Source: an uncultured Oscillospiraceae bacterium
GTDB taxonomy: Bacteria > Bacillota > Clostridia > Oscillospirales > Oscillospiraceae
DNA length: 64,000 bases
Direction of reading: 5' to 3'
Assembly (NCBI GenBank): GCA_964454215.1
Contig: CAYVSU010000001.1
Location: 22,238-86,237 of the forward strand
The first letter of the stretch is position 1; each line of letters starts with the position of its first letter. Of the stretch, positions 23,418 through 33,494 are shown piece after piece. The position numbers were made by a program, and so were the translations under genes. The notes under the pieces were generated by a model. The model ran no database searches and had not been told where the DNA came from. It saw nothing but the letters and a program-made list of their open reading frames with translations.

Positions 23418-23960
23418 ATGCGTGTGATTACCGGAAAGGCCAGAGGTGTTGCACTAAAAACACCTGATGGCCTGAAAACGCGTCCTACTACCGACCGGGT
23501 GAAAGAGGCGATGTTCAGCATCATTCATTTTGATCTGCCTGGAGCCCGTGTGCTTGATCTGTTTGGTGGAACGGGTCAGCTTGGCATTGAAGCTCTGAGC
23601 CGTGGCGCAAGCGGCGCGGTATTTGTGGATTCTGCAGAGGATGCCTGTAAGTTGATTCGTGAGAATTTGACAAGAACCAAAATGGAAAAATATGGTAAGG
23701 TGGTTCGGGCTGATTACCTACAGTACCTCGAACGGTGCAAAGAAACCTTTGACATTGTTCTGTTGGATCCGCCATATGCAGAAGTTTTTTTAGAAAATGC
23801 ATTAAAAAAGATAACGGAAATTGACATTTTGCAAACTGGTGGTATAATAGTTGCGGAACGCCCTGTCGGAAAGGAACTTCCATGGGATTTTGAGGGGTTT
23901 ACCCGCTCAAAAGACTACAAATACGGGAAAACCTTGCTGACACTTTACCGTAGGGACTGA
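23418..23960 (+). CDS. rsmD: 16S rRNA m2G966 methyltransferase
   Basis: MRVITG, RPTTDRVKE, LDLFGGTG, DPPY. Confidence 0.95.
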   Translation: MRVITGKARGVALKTPDGLKTRPTTDRVKEAMFSIIHFDLPGARVLDLFGGTGQLGIEALSRGASGAVFVDSAEDACKLIRENLTRTKMEKYGKVVRADYLQYLERCKETFDIVLLDPPYAEVFLENALKKITEIDILQTGGIIVAERPVGKELPWDFEGFTRSKDYKYGKTLLTLYRRD

Positions 23961-23976
23961 GCAGGGAAGTGGTACT

Positions 23977-24480
23977 ATGAAAATTGCCATTTATCCGGGT
24001 AGTTTTGACCCGGTCACCAGCGGACATTTGAATATCATCCGCCGAGCATCCAAAATATTCGATAAATTGATCGTTTGCGTTATGGTCAACGCTGGCAAAA
24101 ATCCAATGTTTACCTTTGAGGAGCGCGTCGAATTGATCCGCAAAGCAACGGAAGGGATCGAGAATGTTGAGGTAGACCATTCTGATATTTTGCTTGCCGA
24201 ATATGCCAGAAGCAAAAACTGTAATGTGATCGTGAAAGGCTTGCGTGCAGGATCAGATTTTGAAAATGAATTTCAGATGGCCATCATCAATCGCAAGATC
24301 TATCCGGATCTTGACACAATGTTCTTAACCGCAGAACCGCAATTTATGTATATGAGCTCCAGTATGGTAAAGGAGCTTGCGGCATACCGTGTGGATCTGT
24401 CTGATGTTGTGCCGGAGCAGATCATCCCTTATGTTGAAAATAAAATTGGAACGAAACACCAAGGAGGAAATAGAAAATGA
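23977..24480 (+). CDS. coaD: Pantetheine-phosphate adenylyltransferase
   Basis: YPGSFDPVTSGH, KGLR, SSSMVKE. Confidence 0.96.
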   Translation: MKIAIYPGSFDPVTSGHLNIIRRASKIFDKLIVCVMVNAGKNPMFTFEERVELIRKATEGIENVEVDHSDILLAEYARSKNCNVIVKGLRAGSDFENEFQMAIINRKIYPDLDTMFLTAEPQFMYMSSSMVKELAAYRVDLSDVVPEQIIPYVENKIGTKHQGGNRK

Positions 24481-24977
24481 ATCAGCAACACGTAGAAGAT
24501 ATCATCACCGCCCTTTATGACCTTGTACAGGATGCCAGAGCCCTGCCTTTGGGTGCCGATAAGTGCATTTTAGAACGGGACAAGGTCCTGGATATGCTGG
24601 ATGAGATCATTGCTGCGCTGCCTGCAGAAATTAAACAATCCCGCACGATTGTGGAATCTCGTAATGAACTGATCGGACAGGCTCGCCGCGAGGCAGAGGG
24701 TATTGTCCGTCAGGCTCAGGTCAAGGCTAAGGAATTGGTTGCCGAAGAGACTATTTATCAGGAAGCAAAGCGTCAGTGTCAGGAAATGTACAACCGGACT
24801 CAGGAGCGGATGGCGGAGCTGCGTAAGGTAAGCAATGAGTATATGGATGATGCACTGCGCCGTACAGAAGAAGCCATTGCTCAGTCTTTGGGTGAGGTGC
24901 GTGATACCCGAGCAAAGTTCCGTTCCCTGACTGAGACCCAGGAGAACCGTTCTGCAAATGCAGAGGAGAACATTTGA
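24477..24977 (+). CDS. Coiled-coil protein downstream of coaD (ATP synthase subunit B-like annotation)
   Basis: DARALPL...LPAEIKQS...ARREAEGIV; conserved position after coaD. Confidence 0.75.
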   Translation: MNQQHVEDIITALYDLVQDARALPLGADKCILERDKVLDMLDEIIAALPAEIKQSRTIVESRNELIGQARREAEGIVRQAQVKAKELVAEETIYQEAKRQCQEMYNRTQERMAELRKVSNEYMDDALRRTEEAIAQSLGEVRDTRAKFRSLTETQENRSANAEENI

Positions 24978-25044
24978 TTATTGGATAGACAAAACAGCTC
25001 AAATGAATATTTGGGCTGTTTTTTCGTTATAAGGAGGAAATGTT

Positions 25045-26739
25045 ATGAATTATATGGAGCGTTATGAGTTTTGGTGCAATGCCGATTTACCCGCAGATGT
25101 GAAGAGCGAGCTGGCAAGCATCCGAAATAACAGTGAAGAATTGATGGGCCGTTTTGGCGGTGATCTTCAGTTCGGCACTGCCGGTATGCGCGGCATTATG
25201 GGTGCCGGCAGCAACCGTTTGAACCGATACACTGTCCGTCGTGCAGCCCAGGGTATGGCTGCATGGCTTTCTGGTACAGATCTGCCCAAGATTGCCGCTA
25301 TTGCTTATGATTCACGCCATAATTCTCAGCTTTATGCTGAGGTTTGTGCTGTTGCATTTGCTGAAGCAGGTATTCACACCTATCTTTATGACCGCATGGC
25401 CCCGACGCCGATGCTCTCCTTTGCTGTCAGACAGCTTGGTTGCGGCTGCGGTATTGTGATTTCTGCAAGCCATAATGCTGGCGCTTATAACGGTGTTAAG
25501 TGCTACGGACCTGATGGATGCCAGATGACTGATGAGCCTGCCGCTGTCGTTACAGAAAAGATCTCTAGGATTCCCTATTTTATCCCGGAAGAAAAATCTT
25601 TTGAAGCTTTTATGGCAGAAGGTAAGATATCTTACATCAATCAGGATCTTTGGGATCGATACTACGATGTGATTATGTCAGAGGCGATCGCACCTGATAT
25701 GGTCCGCAATGCCGGCTTAAATGTGGTTTACACGCCCCTTTGTGGCACGGGCAATGAGCCTGTTCGTGAGATTATGAGCAGACTGAATGTGAATGTGTCT
25801 GTGGTTTCCTGCCAGGAAAAGCCTGATGGCGATTTTAAGACCTGCGAATATCCCAATCCTGAAACAGATGCTGCTCTGAATGAAAGTTACAAGGTGGCAA
25901 GAACGGTTCCCTGCGATGTGATTCTTGGAACTGACCCGGACGCTGACCGTGTTGCTATTGCGGTTCCGGACGGTGACAGTTTCAAGAAACTAACTGGTAA
26001 TGAACTGGGCTGCCTGGTGATGGATTATATTCTGAAGGCTCGATCCACCCGCAAGGATCTTCCGGAAGGGGCAGAGGTTATGCGCAGCATCGTTTCCACT
26101 CCGTTGGCTGACCGGATTGCAGAGAAATACGGCGTTAAAATGAAGACCTGTTTGACTGGCTTTAAGTACATTGGCGGCGAGATTCTGGAGCTGGAGCAAA
26201 AGGGAGAAGAGGAAAAGTTTGTATTCGGCTTTGAAGAGAGCTGCGGTTATCTGAAGGGTACATATGCCCGGGATAAGGATGCAGTAGTTGCCTCTATGCT
26301 GATCTGTGAATTGGCTGCCTCTCTGAAGAAAGAAGGCAAAACCATTTTGGATGCCCTGCGTGCAATGTATGAAACTTATGGTTATTATCTTGCGTATGTG
26401 CAGAACATTGAACTGACCGGTGCAGATGCTATGGAAAAGGCAGCCAAAATGATGGCTGATCTTAGAAAGGATGTTCCGGATAGCATTGGCGGTGCTCCTG
26501 TTACCGGCGTGAATGACTACAAGATCAGTGTTGCCAAGGATCTGGTAACCGGAGATGAATGCTTGATCCATCTGCCTAAGTCTAATGTGCTTGAGTTCCT
26601 GCTGGGGGATAAGGGTAGTGTAATCGCTCGTCCTTCCGGCACAGAACCCAAGGTTAAGTTCTACTATACTGCCGTCGGTGAAACCAAAGAAGACGCACAG
26701 AAACTTCTTGACGCCTGTGTTGCGCAGATGTCCAAGTAA
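25045..26739 (+). CDS. pgm: Phosphoglucomutase/phosphomannomutase
   Basis: FGTAGMRG, SASHN, DPDADR, EES.GY, RPSGTEPK. Confidence 0.94.
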   Translation: MNYMERYEFWCNADLPADVKSELASIRNNSEELMGRFGGDLQFGTAGMRGIMGAGSNRLNRYTVRRAAQGMAAWLSGTDLPKIAAIAYDSRHNSQLYAEVCAVAFAEAGIHTYLYDRMAPTPMLSFAVRQLGCGCGIVISASHNAGAYNGVKCYGPDGCQMTDEPAAVVTEKISRIPYFIPEEKSFEAFMAEGKISYINQDLWDRYYDVIMSEAIAPDMVRNAGLNVVYTPLCGTGNEPVREIMSRLNVNVSVVSCQEKPDGDFKTCEYPNPETDAALNESYKVARTVPCDVILGTDPDADRVAIAVPDGDSFKKLTGNELGCLVMDYILKARSTRKDLPEGAEVMRSIVSTPLADRIAEKYGVKMKTCLTGFKYIGGEILELEQKGEEEKFVFGFEESCGYLKGTYARDKDAVVASMLICELAASLKKEGKTILDALRAMYETYGYYLAYVQNIELTGADAMEKAAKMMADLRKDVPDSIGGAPVTGVNDYKISVAKDLVTGDECLIHLPKSNVLEFLLGDKGSVIARPSGTEPKVKFYYTAVGETKEDAQKLLDACVAQMSK

Positions 26740-26752
26740 ACGATTATCATTC

Positions 26753-26784
26753 AGAACCGGAGTCAAAACTCCGGTTCTTTTTTT
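26753..26784 (+). terminator. Intrinsic terminator
   Basis: AGAACCGGAGT/ACTCCGGTTCT followed by T-run. Confidence 0.85.
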
Positions 26785-26824
26785 GCCGCGTAACGAATAG
26801 TTTATAACGAAAGGGGAGGGGGAC

Positions 26825-27253
26825 ATGAAGTCTGTCAATATATCTAAGGCAGTAAAAGCTGCCACACCGATGGGCGTTGGAATTGGCGTTATGGTCGCGC
26901 TGTTGCTTTCGCTTGGAGGTTGTGCCGTTGTGGCGTATCTGATCAGCAACGGTTATATAAGTCAATCTGCAATGAAAATCTGCGCAGCAATCATATTAAT
27001 GCTTTCAGCCTTCATTGGAGCGTTAATCGCATATGGGAGAGTGAAAAAGCAAAGATTACAAATCTCTGTTATTACGGCAGCTGTTTACTATCTGTGTCTG
27101 CTCGCGATTACAGCCCTGTTTTTTGGTGGCCAGTTCGCAGGTGCAGGAACGGGAGCGATTGTGGTTATCCTTGGTTGCTGTGCAGCGGCTCTCTTGGGAA
27201 TTTCTCCGGGTAAAAAGAGAAAATTCCAGTTCAGAAAAAGGGGTTATCGTTAA
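26825..27253 (+). CDS. TIGR04086-like 4-TM membrane protein
   Basis: Four hydrophobic helices, basic C-terminal tail, GGGGAGG RBS. Confidence 0.7.
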   Translation: MKSVNISKAVKAATPMGVGIGVMVALLLSLGGCAVVAYLISNGYISQSAMKICAAIILMLSAFIGALIAYGRVKKQRLQISVITAAVYYLCLLAITALFFGGQFAGAGTGAIVVILGCCAAALLGISPGKKRKFQFRKRGYR

Positions 27254-27611
27254 GTTGTACAAAATAGATATGGTAGGTAAGTGCAATTTACCCGCCATAT
27301 CTATTTTGCAGGATTCCTTGCAAAAGCTATATTTTGTGCCAACATATGTCTGTGTGCCCAACATCTTGGTAAATAATGCAAAATGGTAAAATAATTTCTT
27401 GGCCTGGTTTGAATAGTTTACATAATGGCGTTGACATAAAAATCGGCATAATTTACAAAAATCATAAAAACAGACAAATTTGCTTGAAATTCAGTTGTTT
27501 TTGGAGTATAGTATTCACGCATAGTGTTTTTTGTGCACATTTGTACCTTGCCTGCTTGTGCGTGTTTCTGCTTCTTACAATTGCAGATTTATGCACAGGA
27601 GGTTTTGGCTT

Positions 27612-28133
27612 GTGAAGTGCACTGTCCGAGAGTACTTTGCGTCGCATATTTCCAGCAAGGAAGTGTTTTGCTTCGTTTGTTTTTGGCTGATCGGAACACT
27701 CGTTGGCACTCTATTTGCCCTGAATGCAGAAGATACATATTTTTCAATGCTATTCGATGCATCATATCATCGAGCTTCTATGGCCAGCCTCTTTCTTCGT
27801 TTATTCTTGCCGTTTTTGCTGGTTGCATTTGCAGCTAAGATGGGAACAAATGTGCTGATCTATTTCCTTGGCGCGTGGAAGGAATTCCTTTTTATCTCGG
27901 CAACCGTTTCTCTGTCCGGGGCTTTTGGATCTGCTGATTGGCTGGTGCGTTGGCTGCTCCAGTTTTCGGATATACTGACGCTGCCGTTTTTTCTTTGGTT
28001 TTCCCTTCGTTGTCTCCGCTTTGGCGGGAATAGAAAGTGGGATATTGCGGCTCTGGTGCTTTGGTGTGTTTGCGTTGGTTCTCTTGATTATTATGTGATT
28101 TCCCCGTTTTTAGCGGGTTTGATTGGAAATTAG
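27612..28133 (+). CDS. Divergent stage II sporulation protein M-like membrane protein
   Basis: Multi-TM protein, GTG after AGGAGG, C-terminal DYYVISPFL; directly upstream of xerD as in Firmicute spoIIM-xerD synteny. Confidence 0.55.
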   Translation: MKCTVREYFASHISSKEVFCFVCFWLIGTLVGTLFALNAEDTYFSMLFDASYHRASMASLFLRLFLPFLLVAFAAKMGTNVLIYFLGAWKEFLFISATVSLSGAFGSADWLVRWLLQFSDILTLPFFLWFSLRCLRFGGNRKWDIAALVLWCVCVGSLDYYVISPFLAGLIGN

Positions 28134-28150
28134 GAAGGTTTGTTTGCTTC

Positions 28151-29023
28151 ATGTTGGACTTGATTGGCGCTTATGAGAATTACCTGACCAAGGTAAAAAA
28201 AGCCTCTGCCAATACCATTGCCTCCTATATGCGTGACATTCGGCAGTTTTCTGAATGGCTGGAAGGCAATGTGGTGGATGCCACACAAATGAATATCAGC
28301 GACTATCTGTCCCATCTGGAGCAGGAAGGCCGCTCCGGCGCAACGGTATCTCGCAGCCTTGCCAGTTTGAAGAATTTCTATTCTTATGTCGTTTCTTCCG
28401 GATTTTTGGAGGCAACGCCAGTAACCGATATCCGTGTGGATCGTGGCGAAAAGAAAATGCCCCAGATTCTTACCGGTCGGGAGATTGAACTGCTGCTTTC
28501 CCAGCCTGCGCCGGTAGATGCCAAAGGCATCCGGGATAAGGCAATGCTGGAAGTGATGTATGCTACCGGCATCCGGGTTACTGAGCTCATTGACCTGGAT
28601 GTGACCGATGTAAACTTGGAACTGGGCGTTATCAAGTGCTCCGGTGCAAAAAAGACCCGCTCCATTCCCTTGTATCCTGCTGCCTTGAAGGCTCTGCGCA
28701 TTTACTTACGGGATATTCGCAAGGGTATGCTGGCAGATCCCAGGGAAGTGGCTCTGTTTGTCAATGTCAGCGGCGTCCGTATGAGCCGCCAGGGCTTCTG
28801 GAAGATCCTCAAGCACTATCAGGCAACCGCGGGCATTGAGAAGGAGATCACGCCCCATACGCTGCGTCACAGCTTTGCAGTACATCTTCTGGAAAACGGC
28901 GCTGACATTGGCTCTGTGCAGGAGCTGATGGGTCACAGCGATATTTCCTCCACACAGCTTTACACACATATGCTGAATCAAAAGCTGAAATCTGTTTACG
29001 AAAAATGTCATCCTAAAGCTTAA
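28151..29023 (+). CDS. xerD: Tyrosine recombinase XerD/RipX
   Basis: RDKAMLEVMYATGIRVTEL, MSRQGFWK, TPHTLRHSFA, MGHSDISSTQLY. Confidence 0.92.
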   Translation: MLDLIGAYENYLTKVKKASANTIASYMRDIRQFSEWLEGNVVDATQMNISDYLSHLEQEGRSGATVSRSLASLKNFYSYVVSSGFLEATPVTDIRVDRGEKKMPQILTGREIELLLSQPAPVDAKGIRDKAMLEVMYATGIRVTELIDLDVTDVNLELGVIKCSGAKKTRSIPLYPAALKALRIYLRDIRKGMLADPREVALFVNVSGVRMSRQGFWKILKHYQATAGIEKEITPHTLRHSFAVHLLENGADIGSVQELMGHSDISSTQLYTHMLNQKLKSVYEKCHPKA

Positions 29024-29052
29024 AAGCTCTGCCGAAACTTCGGCAGAGCTTT
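29023..29052. terminator. Bidirectional terminator (homologous to 32319-32348)
   Basis: AAAGCTCTGCCGAA/TTCGGCAGAGCTTT. Confidence 0.85.
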
Positions 29053-29056
29053 TCTT

Positions 29057-30190
29057 TTATGATACGATGTCGTTGTATAGATTCTCGTCCGATCCCCAGC
29101 GGTAGATCGCCAGTTCATCAAGACTGATGAGGAAGGTTTCCTCGTGGGCGGAACATCGACCCGCCATCAGATCCTCATAGTAGTCACGGATGTACTTATA
29201 ACCTAAATCTCTGAATTCAGAGCAAACAAACAATCTTCCGGGATTCTCTGCATCATAATAGTAATAACCGATATACTCATTCGTTAAATAACCAATGCTG
29301 TTAAAGCTTCGGAACAACTCTTTTGTCTTCTCCGTTTCGTTGGATCTTGTGATCTCTACAAAACTCCTATTATCATCTCCACCGTAATATGTAAATACAC
29401 GCCCCATTGGTTCCTCATGTTTCGAAATATAATAGTCGATCGCTTCATTCCGTTTGTAATGATTGGAATAGTCATATTTTATCGTATATACGTTTTCAAT
29501 TTCATTTTGATCCAGCACTGGGTCAACTTGGTGCCCATAGATTACAAACAGGTCATTATCAAATATAAGCTGATCATTATACAAGAGTAGTCGACCATCT
29601 GAGACGGGCATCCATCCATATGTATGCGATCTTCTTACAATCATCTGCCCATCGACAACTTTATAGGAATAATCATAACCTTGTGATCTTTCCTCAATCA
29701 CATAGCTCTTCATATTTGCATAGTCAAAGACGAATATCTCATAACTAACGATACCGGAACCCTTACTATATTGAATTACCAACTCCCGCAAACCGTCATT
29801 GTTTAAATCTGTAAGACAGAGCCTCATAATCGGAGCATAGGTCAGTAGTTCTATACGATTTCCATCTTCTTCAATAGCAAGCTTATGGTAGTAATAGCCG
29901 TGGAACACTGCGCCCGGGAACTCATCGGTAGTAAAAGTGAACGTATCCTGATCGATTCTGTTAAATGTAACACCCTTCACATCTATGCCGGTTGGATAAT
30001 CCGGCAGGGTGGGCTCCTGTGTCGTTGGCGGCAACGTAGTTGGTGGAACTGTTGTTTCCACAGGTGTCGACGTTGTTGGCGTAGCTGTGCTTGGTTGGGT
30101 TTCTGAAGACGGAACGTTATTTGTACATGCCGTTATAGAAAGAAGCATCCATACAACGAGCAACGATGCAATTATCTTCTTTATTCTCAT
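29057..30190 (-). CDS. Lipoprotein with Pro/Thr linker and DLNNDG motif
   Basis: Lipobox ITAC, PTT-rich stalk, AT-rich Tyr-rich body. Confidence 0.75.
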   Translation of the reverse strand: MRIKKIIASLLVVWMLLSITACTNNVPSSETQPSTATPTTSTPVETTVPPTTLPPTTQEPTLPDYPTGIDVKGVTFNRIDQDTFTFTTDEFPGAVFHGYYYHKLAIEEDGNRIELLTYAPIMRLCLTDLNNDGLRELVIQYSKGSGIVSYEIFVFDYANMKSYVIEERSQGYDYSYKVVDGQMIVRRSHTYGWMPVSDGRLLLYNDQLIFDNDLFVIYGHQVDPVLDQNEIENVYTIKYDYSNHYKRNEAIDYYISKHEEPMGRVFTYYGGDDNRSFVEITRSNETEKTKELFRSFNSIGYLTNEYIGYYYYDAENPGRLFVCSEFRDLGYKYIRDYYEDLMAGRCSAHEETFLISLDELAIYRWGSDENLYNDIVS

Positions 30191-30238
30191 TCTTTTTTGC
30201 TCCTTTTTGCGTTTCAGTTAATTATAGTCAACCTGCGG

Positions 30239-31885
30239 TTAATCCTGGTTCTTATTTTCCAAATATTTCGCATATTCTTCGTATTCATAGAAATCAATCG
30301 AATAGAATTCCTTACCACTTATTAAAAGGCCGCCGTTTTCTTGTTCTGAAACAACGTCATAATCCACGTCTCCGTAGACAAAGCTTACGGATACGTCTAT
30401 TTTCCCAACATAATAATAATCAAAGGGCAACGCTTCAATTTTAATATAATCCAAATTGGCATATTCATCTATGGAAGTGCAACCCACTTTCTCATAATCG
30501 CAGAAAAATATAATTTCGTAATCTACACCTGTTCGTGAACCATAACAATCAGGATGCAACTGTGTCATTGTATCAAACCAGATTAAAAGTCGCTGCTGGT
30601 TGAACACGGATGGGTCATCACTGATGGTGATTTTGATTCTTCCGGGTTCTTCCTCAATCGTATCAGTAAAGAACAAGCCAGCGTAAATAGCACCAGCATA
30701 TGTGTACTTGTTCTTTGAAATATAGATAACATCTTCCGATTCCATCAGCATTGTTACTTCATCCATAACGAAACAAAGCGATTCAAAAGTGATGGGGATA
30801 TGTGGATCAACGGGTTCTGTGGTAGTGGGCGGAACGGTGGTTTCCGGCGGAACAGTCATCGTTGTTTCCGGGGGCGTGGTAAAGCCTGGGTCAGAAGAGG
30901 AGTCATTGCTATCAACCGCGCAGAAAATCAGCACAATCGTACACAGAATCCCCGCCAAAACAGACACCCACAAGATGGGCTTTTTCCATCTCTTCAGATT
31001 GCGGATCCGTTTTCCCGCATCGCCTTCACCAAAGGCCAGGGGTGCGCCGGAAATGGTTGTTCTGCCGACAGAGAACCGTAGCAGGGAATCGGAGTAATCC
31101 GCTCGGACTTCACCGCCCAGCTTCTTCAGCACTGCTTCGTCGCAGCTCATTTCCATATCCCGTCCGGAAAGGGTGAACGCGATCCAAACCAGCGGATTGA
31201 ACCAATGCAGACACAGTGCGGCATAGGAAACCGCCTTGATGATATGGTCACCCCGGTGGATATGATGCTGCTCATGGAGCAGAATATACTCCTTTTCCTG
31301 CTCAGTAAGACCGGATGGGAGGTATATCTTCGGGCGCAGCAGACCCATCACGAAGGGTGAGGGGATATTATCCACTTGATAGATATTTCCATTCAAACGG
31401 ACTGCTTCTGCAAGCAGTTTTCTCAGTTTTATGTAGCTTACAAGGCTGATAACAGCCATCACGGCGATACCCAGCAGCCATGCGTACTGCCCCAGCAGAA
31501 CTGCCAGCTCCCAGTAGTCGATAGTGACCTCTTTGGTAACGTTCCCGGCAGGGGTGCGATCCACCACCGGAACTGTGATCGGTCTGTCTATGCCGATGAC
31601 AGCGCCTTGAAATGCGTCATAAGCAGCTTGTCCCACATCGGAGATATCGACCCGCGTGTCAGAAAGGGTGTAATTTTCCTTTACAGACGGCACTTCCGGC
31701 ACAGCGCTGACCGGCAGTGAAATACTTACCGGACACAGAAGACGGAACAAAACTGCCGCCCAAAGGCAGTAGGAAAGGATCTTCGGCATGCGTTTCAGCG
31801 CTAACCGCGCTGCCAGAACTACCAAAATAACGATACTGCCGGTGATCGTCATATCCAGAATTGTTGAAAATACGTTATTTAGCAT
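30239..31885 (-). CDS. BlaR1/MecR1-like M56 metallopeptidase with non-PBP extracellular domain
   Basis: SPFVMGLLRPKIYLP, HEQHH (HExxH), HWFNPLVW, EMSCDEAV. Confidence 0.92.
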   Translation of the reverse strand: MLNNVFSTILDMTITGSIVILVVLAARLALKRMPKILSYCLWAAVLFRLLCPVSISLPVSAVPEVPSVKENYTLSDTRVDISDVGQAAYDAFQGAVIGIDRPITVPVVDRTPAGNVTKEVTIDYWELAVLLGQYAWLLGIAVMAVISLVSYIKLRKLLAEAVRLNGNIYQVDNIPSPFVMGLLRPKIYLPSGLTEQEKEYILLHEQHHIHRGDHIIKAVSYAALCLHWFNPLVWIAFTLSGRDMEMSCDEAVLKKLGGEVRADYSDSLLRFSVGRTTISGAPLAFGEGDAGKRIRNLKRWKKPILWVSVLAGILCTIVLIFCAVDSNDSSSDPGFTTPPETTMTVPPETTVPPTTTEPVDPHIPITFESLCFVMDEVTMLMESEDVIYISKNKYTYAGAIYAGLFFTDTIEEEPGRIKITISDDPSVFNQQRLLIWFDTMTQLHPDCYGSRTGVDYEIIFFCDYEKVGCTSIDEYANLDYIKIEALPFDYYYVGKIDVSVSFVYGDVDYDVVSEQENGGLLISGKEFYSIDFYEYEEYAKYLENKNQD

Positions 31886-31889
31886 ATGA

Positions 31890-32258
31890 TCACCTCCTCA
31901 TTTCATCAATGATACATTGCAGCTCACAAATCTCCTTGTCAGTAAGCTTATTGCGGCTACCAAATGCGGCCAAAAAAGCAGGAAGAGAGCCGTTAAATGA
32001 CTGCTGCACATATTCTTCGCTTTGCCGGGCATAGAATTCCTCCCGGCTGATCAGCGGCGTCACGGTTCCGTTGTTATTCTGGAAGATTCCTCGGTCACAC
32101 AGCCGTTTCAAGACCGTAAATGCGGTGGTTTTTTTCCAGCCAAGGGTATTTTCAGCCAGTTTCGCAAGGGAACCGGAGGTAAGGGGTGCATTGTGCCAGA
32201 TTATGTCCGCAAAGCAGGATTCGGCAGCACCCAGTTTCCATTCGTGCAATTTGATCAC
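31890..32258 (-). CDS. BlaI/MecI/CopY family repressor
   Basis: FADIIW, WKKTT..TVLKRL, FNGSLPAFLAAF. Confidence 0.92.
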   Translation of the reverse strand: MIKLHEWKLGAAESCFADIIWHNAPLTSGSLAKLAENTLGWKKTTAFTVLKRLCDRGIFQNNNGTVTPLISREEFYARQSEEYVQQSFNGSLPAFLAAFGSRNKLTDKEICELQCIIDEMRR

Positions 32259-32264
32259 CTCATT

Positions 32265-32315
32265 CTACACTTTGTAGTACAACTATATTCTACACGCTGT
32301 AGAATAATTTGTCAA
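32265..32315 (-). promoter_or_regulatory. blaI-like promoter with two CTACA-N3-TGTAG operators
   Basis: TTGACA-17-TAGAAT on - strand; palindromes at 32265-32277 and 32286-32306. Confidence 0.8.
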
Positions 32316-32318
32316 GAA

Positions 32319-32348
32319 AAATCGCTGCCGAAATTTTAGCAGCGATTT
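32319..32348 (-). terminator. pfkA terminator
   Basis: AAATCGCTGC/GCAGCGATTT stem. Confidence 0.75.
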
Positions 32349-32366
32349 ATGTATATAAGGGGCGTG

Positions 32367-33338
32367 TCAAATGCCGGTCATAGCTGCCAGCACATTGACC
32401 TCCATATTCTGAATACTGCGGTGAAGGGCAAGGCCCTCGTCAATATCGATATCGGTAAATTTGCCTGCATTGGTGCAAACAACTCTGTTGGTCTTTCCGG
32501 CAAGAAGAAGTTCGACCGCCAAATAACCCATTTTTGTGGCATTGACCCGGTCACGGCCGGTAGGGGAGCCGCCGCGCTGAATGTGCCCCAAAACAGTCAC
32601 ACGGGGGTCCAAATCAATGGTATCTTTGATCCTTGCTGCAATCTCTGCGGCGCTTCCGGCGCCCTCTGCTACAACGATCATATAGTGAGTAAAACCGTTA
32701 AAACGGGCCTGACGGATCTTTTCAATCACATCACGCTCAAAATCAATGCTTTCTTCGGGAACGAGAACTGCAGTTGCGCCCACAGCAAGACCGACATACA
32801 TTGCGAGATATCCGGCATTTCGGCCCATAACTTCCACAACGGAGCAACGTTCGTGGGATTGCATTGTGTCCCGGAGTCTGTCAATGCACTCAATGGCAGT
32901 ATTGGCGGCGGTATCAAAACCGATGCTGTAATTAGTGCAGCTGATGTCGTTATCAATGGTTGCGGGAATGCAGATCACATTGATTCCGTGCTTGGATAGC
33001 GCCTTTGCACCGCGGAAGGTACCGTCGCCGCCGATAGCGACAATGCTGTCCAGTCCTAGGAATTTGCAGGTGGAGACGGCCTTTTTCTGACCTTCTTCAG
33101 TCAAAAATTCCTTGCTTCGTGCGGTGTAGAGAATCGTGCCGCCGCGGTTGATGGTGTGGGCTACGCTCTTTTCATCCAGCTTGATAATATCGCCGGAAAT
33201 CAAACCGTTGTAACCGCGCCGGATACCGTAGCATTCTACGCCGTGGTACAGTGCCGTACGGACAACTGCCCGTACAGCAGCATTCATTCCGGGGGCGTCA
33301 CCGCCACTGGTAAGAACGCCAATACGCTTGACACTCAT
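32367..33338 (-). CDS. pfkA: 6-phosphofructokinase
   Basis: LTSGGDAPGMN, IGGDGT, TIDND, EVMGR, LGHIQRGG. Confidence 0.97.
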   Translation of the reverse strand: MSVKRIGVLTSGGDAPGMNAAVRAVVRTALYHGVECYGIRRGYNGLISGDIIKLDEKSVAHTINRGGTILYTARSKEFLTEEGQKKAVSTCKFLGLDSIVAIGGDGTFRGAKALSKHGINVICIPATIDNDISCTNYSIGFDTAANTAIECIDRLRDTMQSHERCSVVEVMGRNAGYLAMYVGLAVGATAVLVPEESIDFERDVIEKIRQARFNGFTHYMIVVAEGAGSAAEIAARIKDTIDLDPRVTVLGHIQRGGSPTGRDRVNATKMGYLAVELLLAGKTNRVVCTNAGKFTDIDIDEGLALHRSIQNMEVNVLAAMTGI

Positions 33339-33429
33339 AATGGATTCCTCCAATTCGTGATTTTTCGATTCTATTTTAGCATTTTATGCACAAAAGTAAA
33401 GAGAAATTTTGTTTAGCGTCCCTCTTAGG

Positions 33430-33458
33430 TTGACATTCGTATGTGAAAACCGTATAAT
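33430..33458 (+). promoter_or_regulatory. Consensus sigma-A promoter of esterase/ATP-grasp operon
   Basis: TTGACA-17-TATAAT. Confidence 0.8.
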
Positions 33459-33494
33459 GGTACCAAACTCATATTAAGGAGACCGTTTTCGATT

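Noticed and set aside
27260..27308. Long imperfect hairpin as MITE or ncRNA
   Set aside because: Lies just after a stop codon with no second copy seen; most simply a terminator.
29057..32258. Cassette as prophage, ICE or diversity-generating retroelement
   Set aside because: No integrase, relaxase, reverse transcriptase or nucleotide-level template/variable repeat pair is visible.
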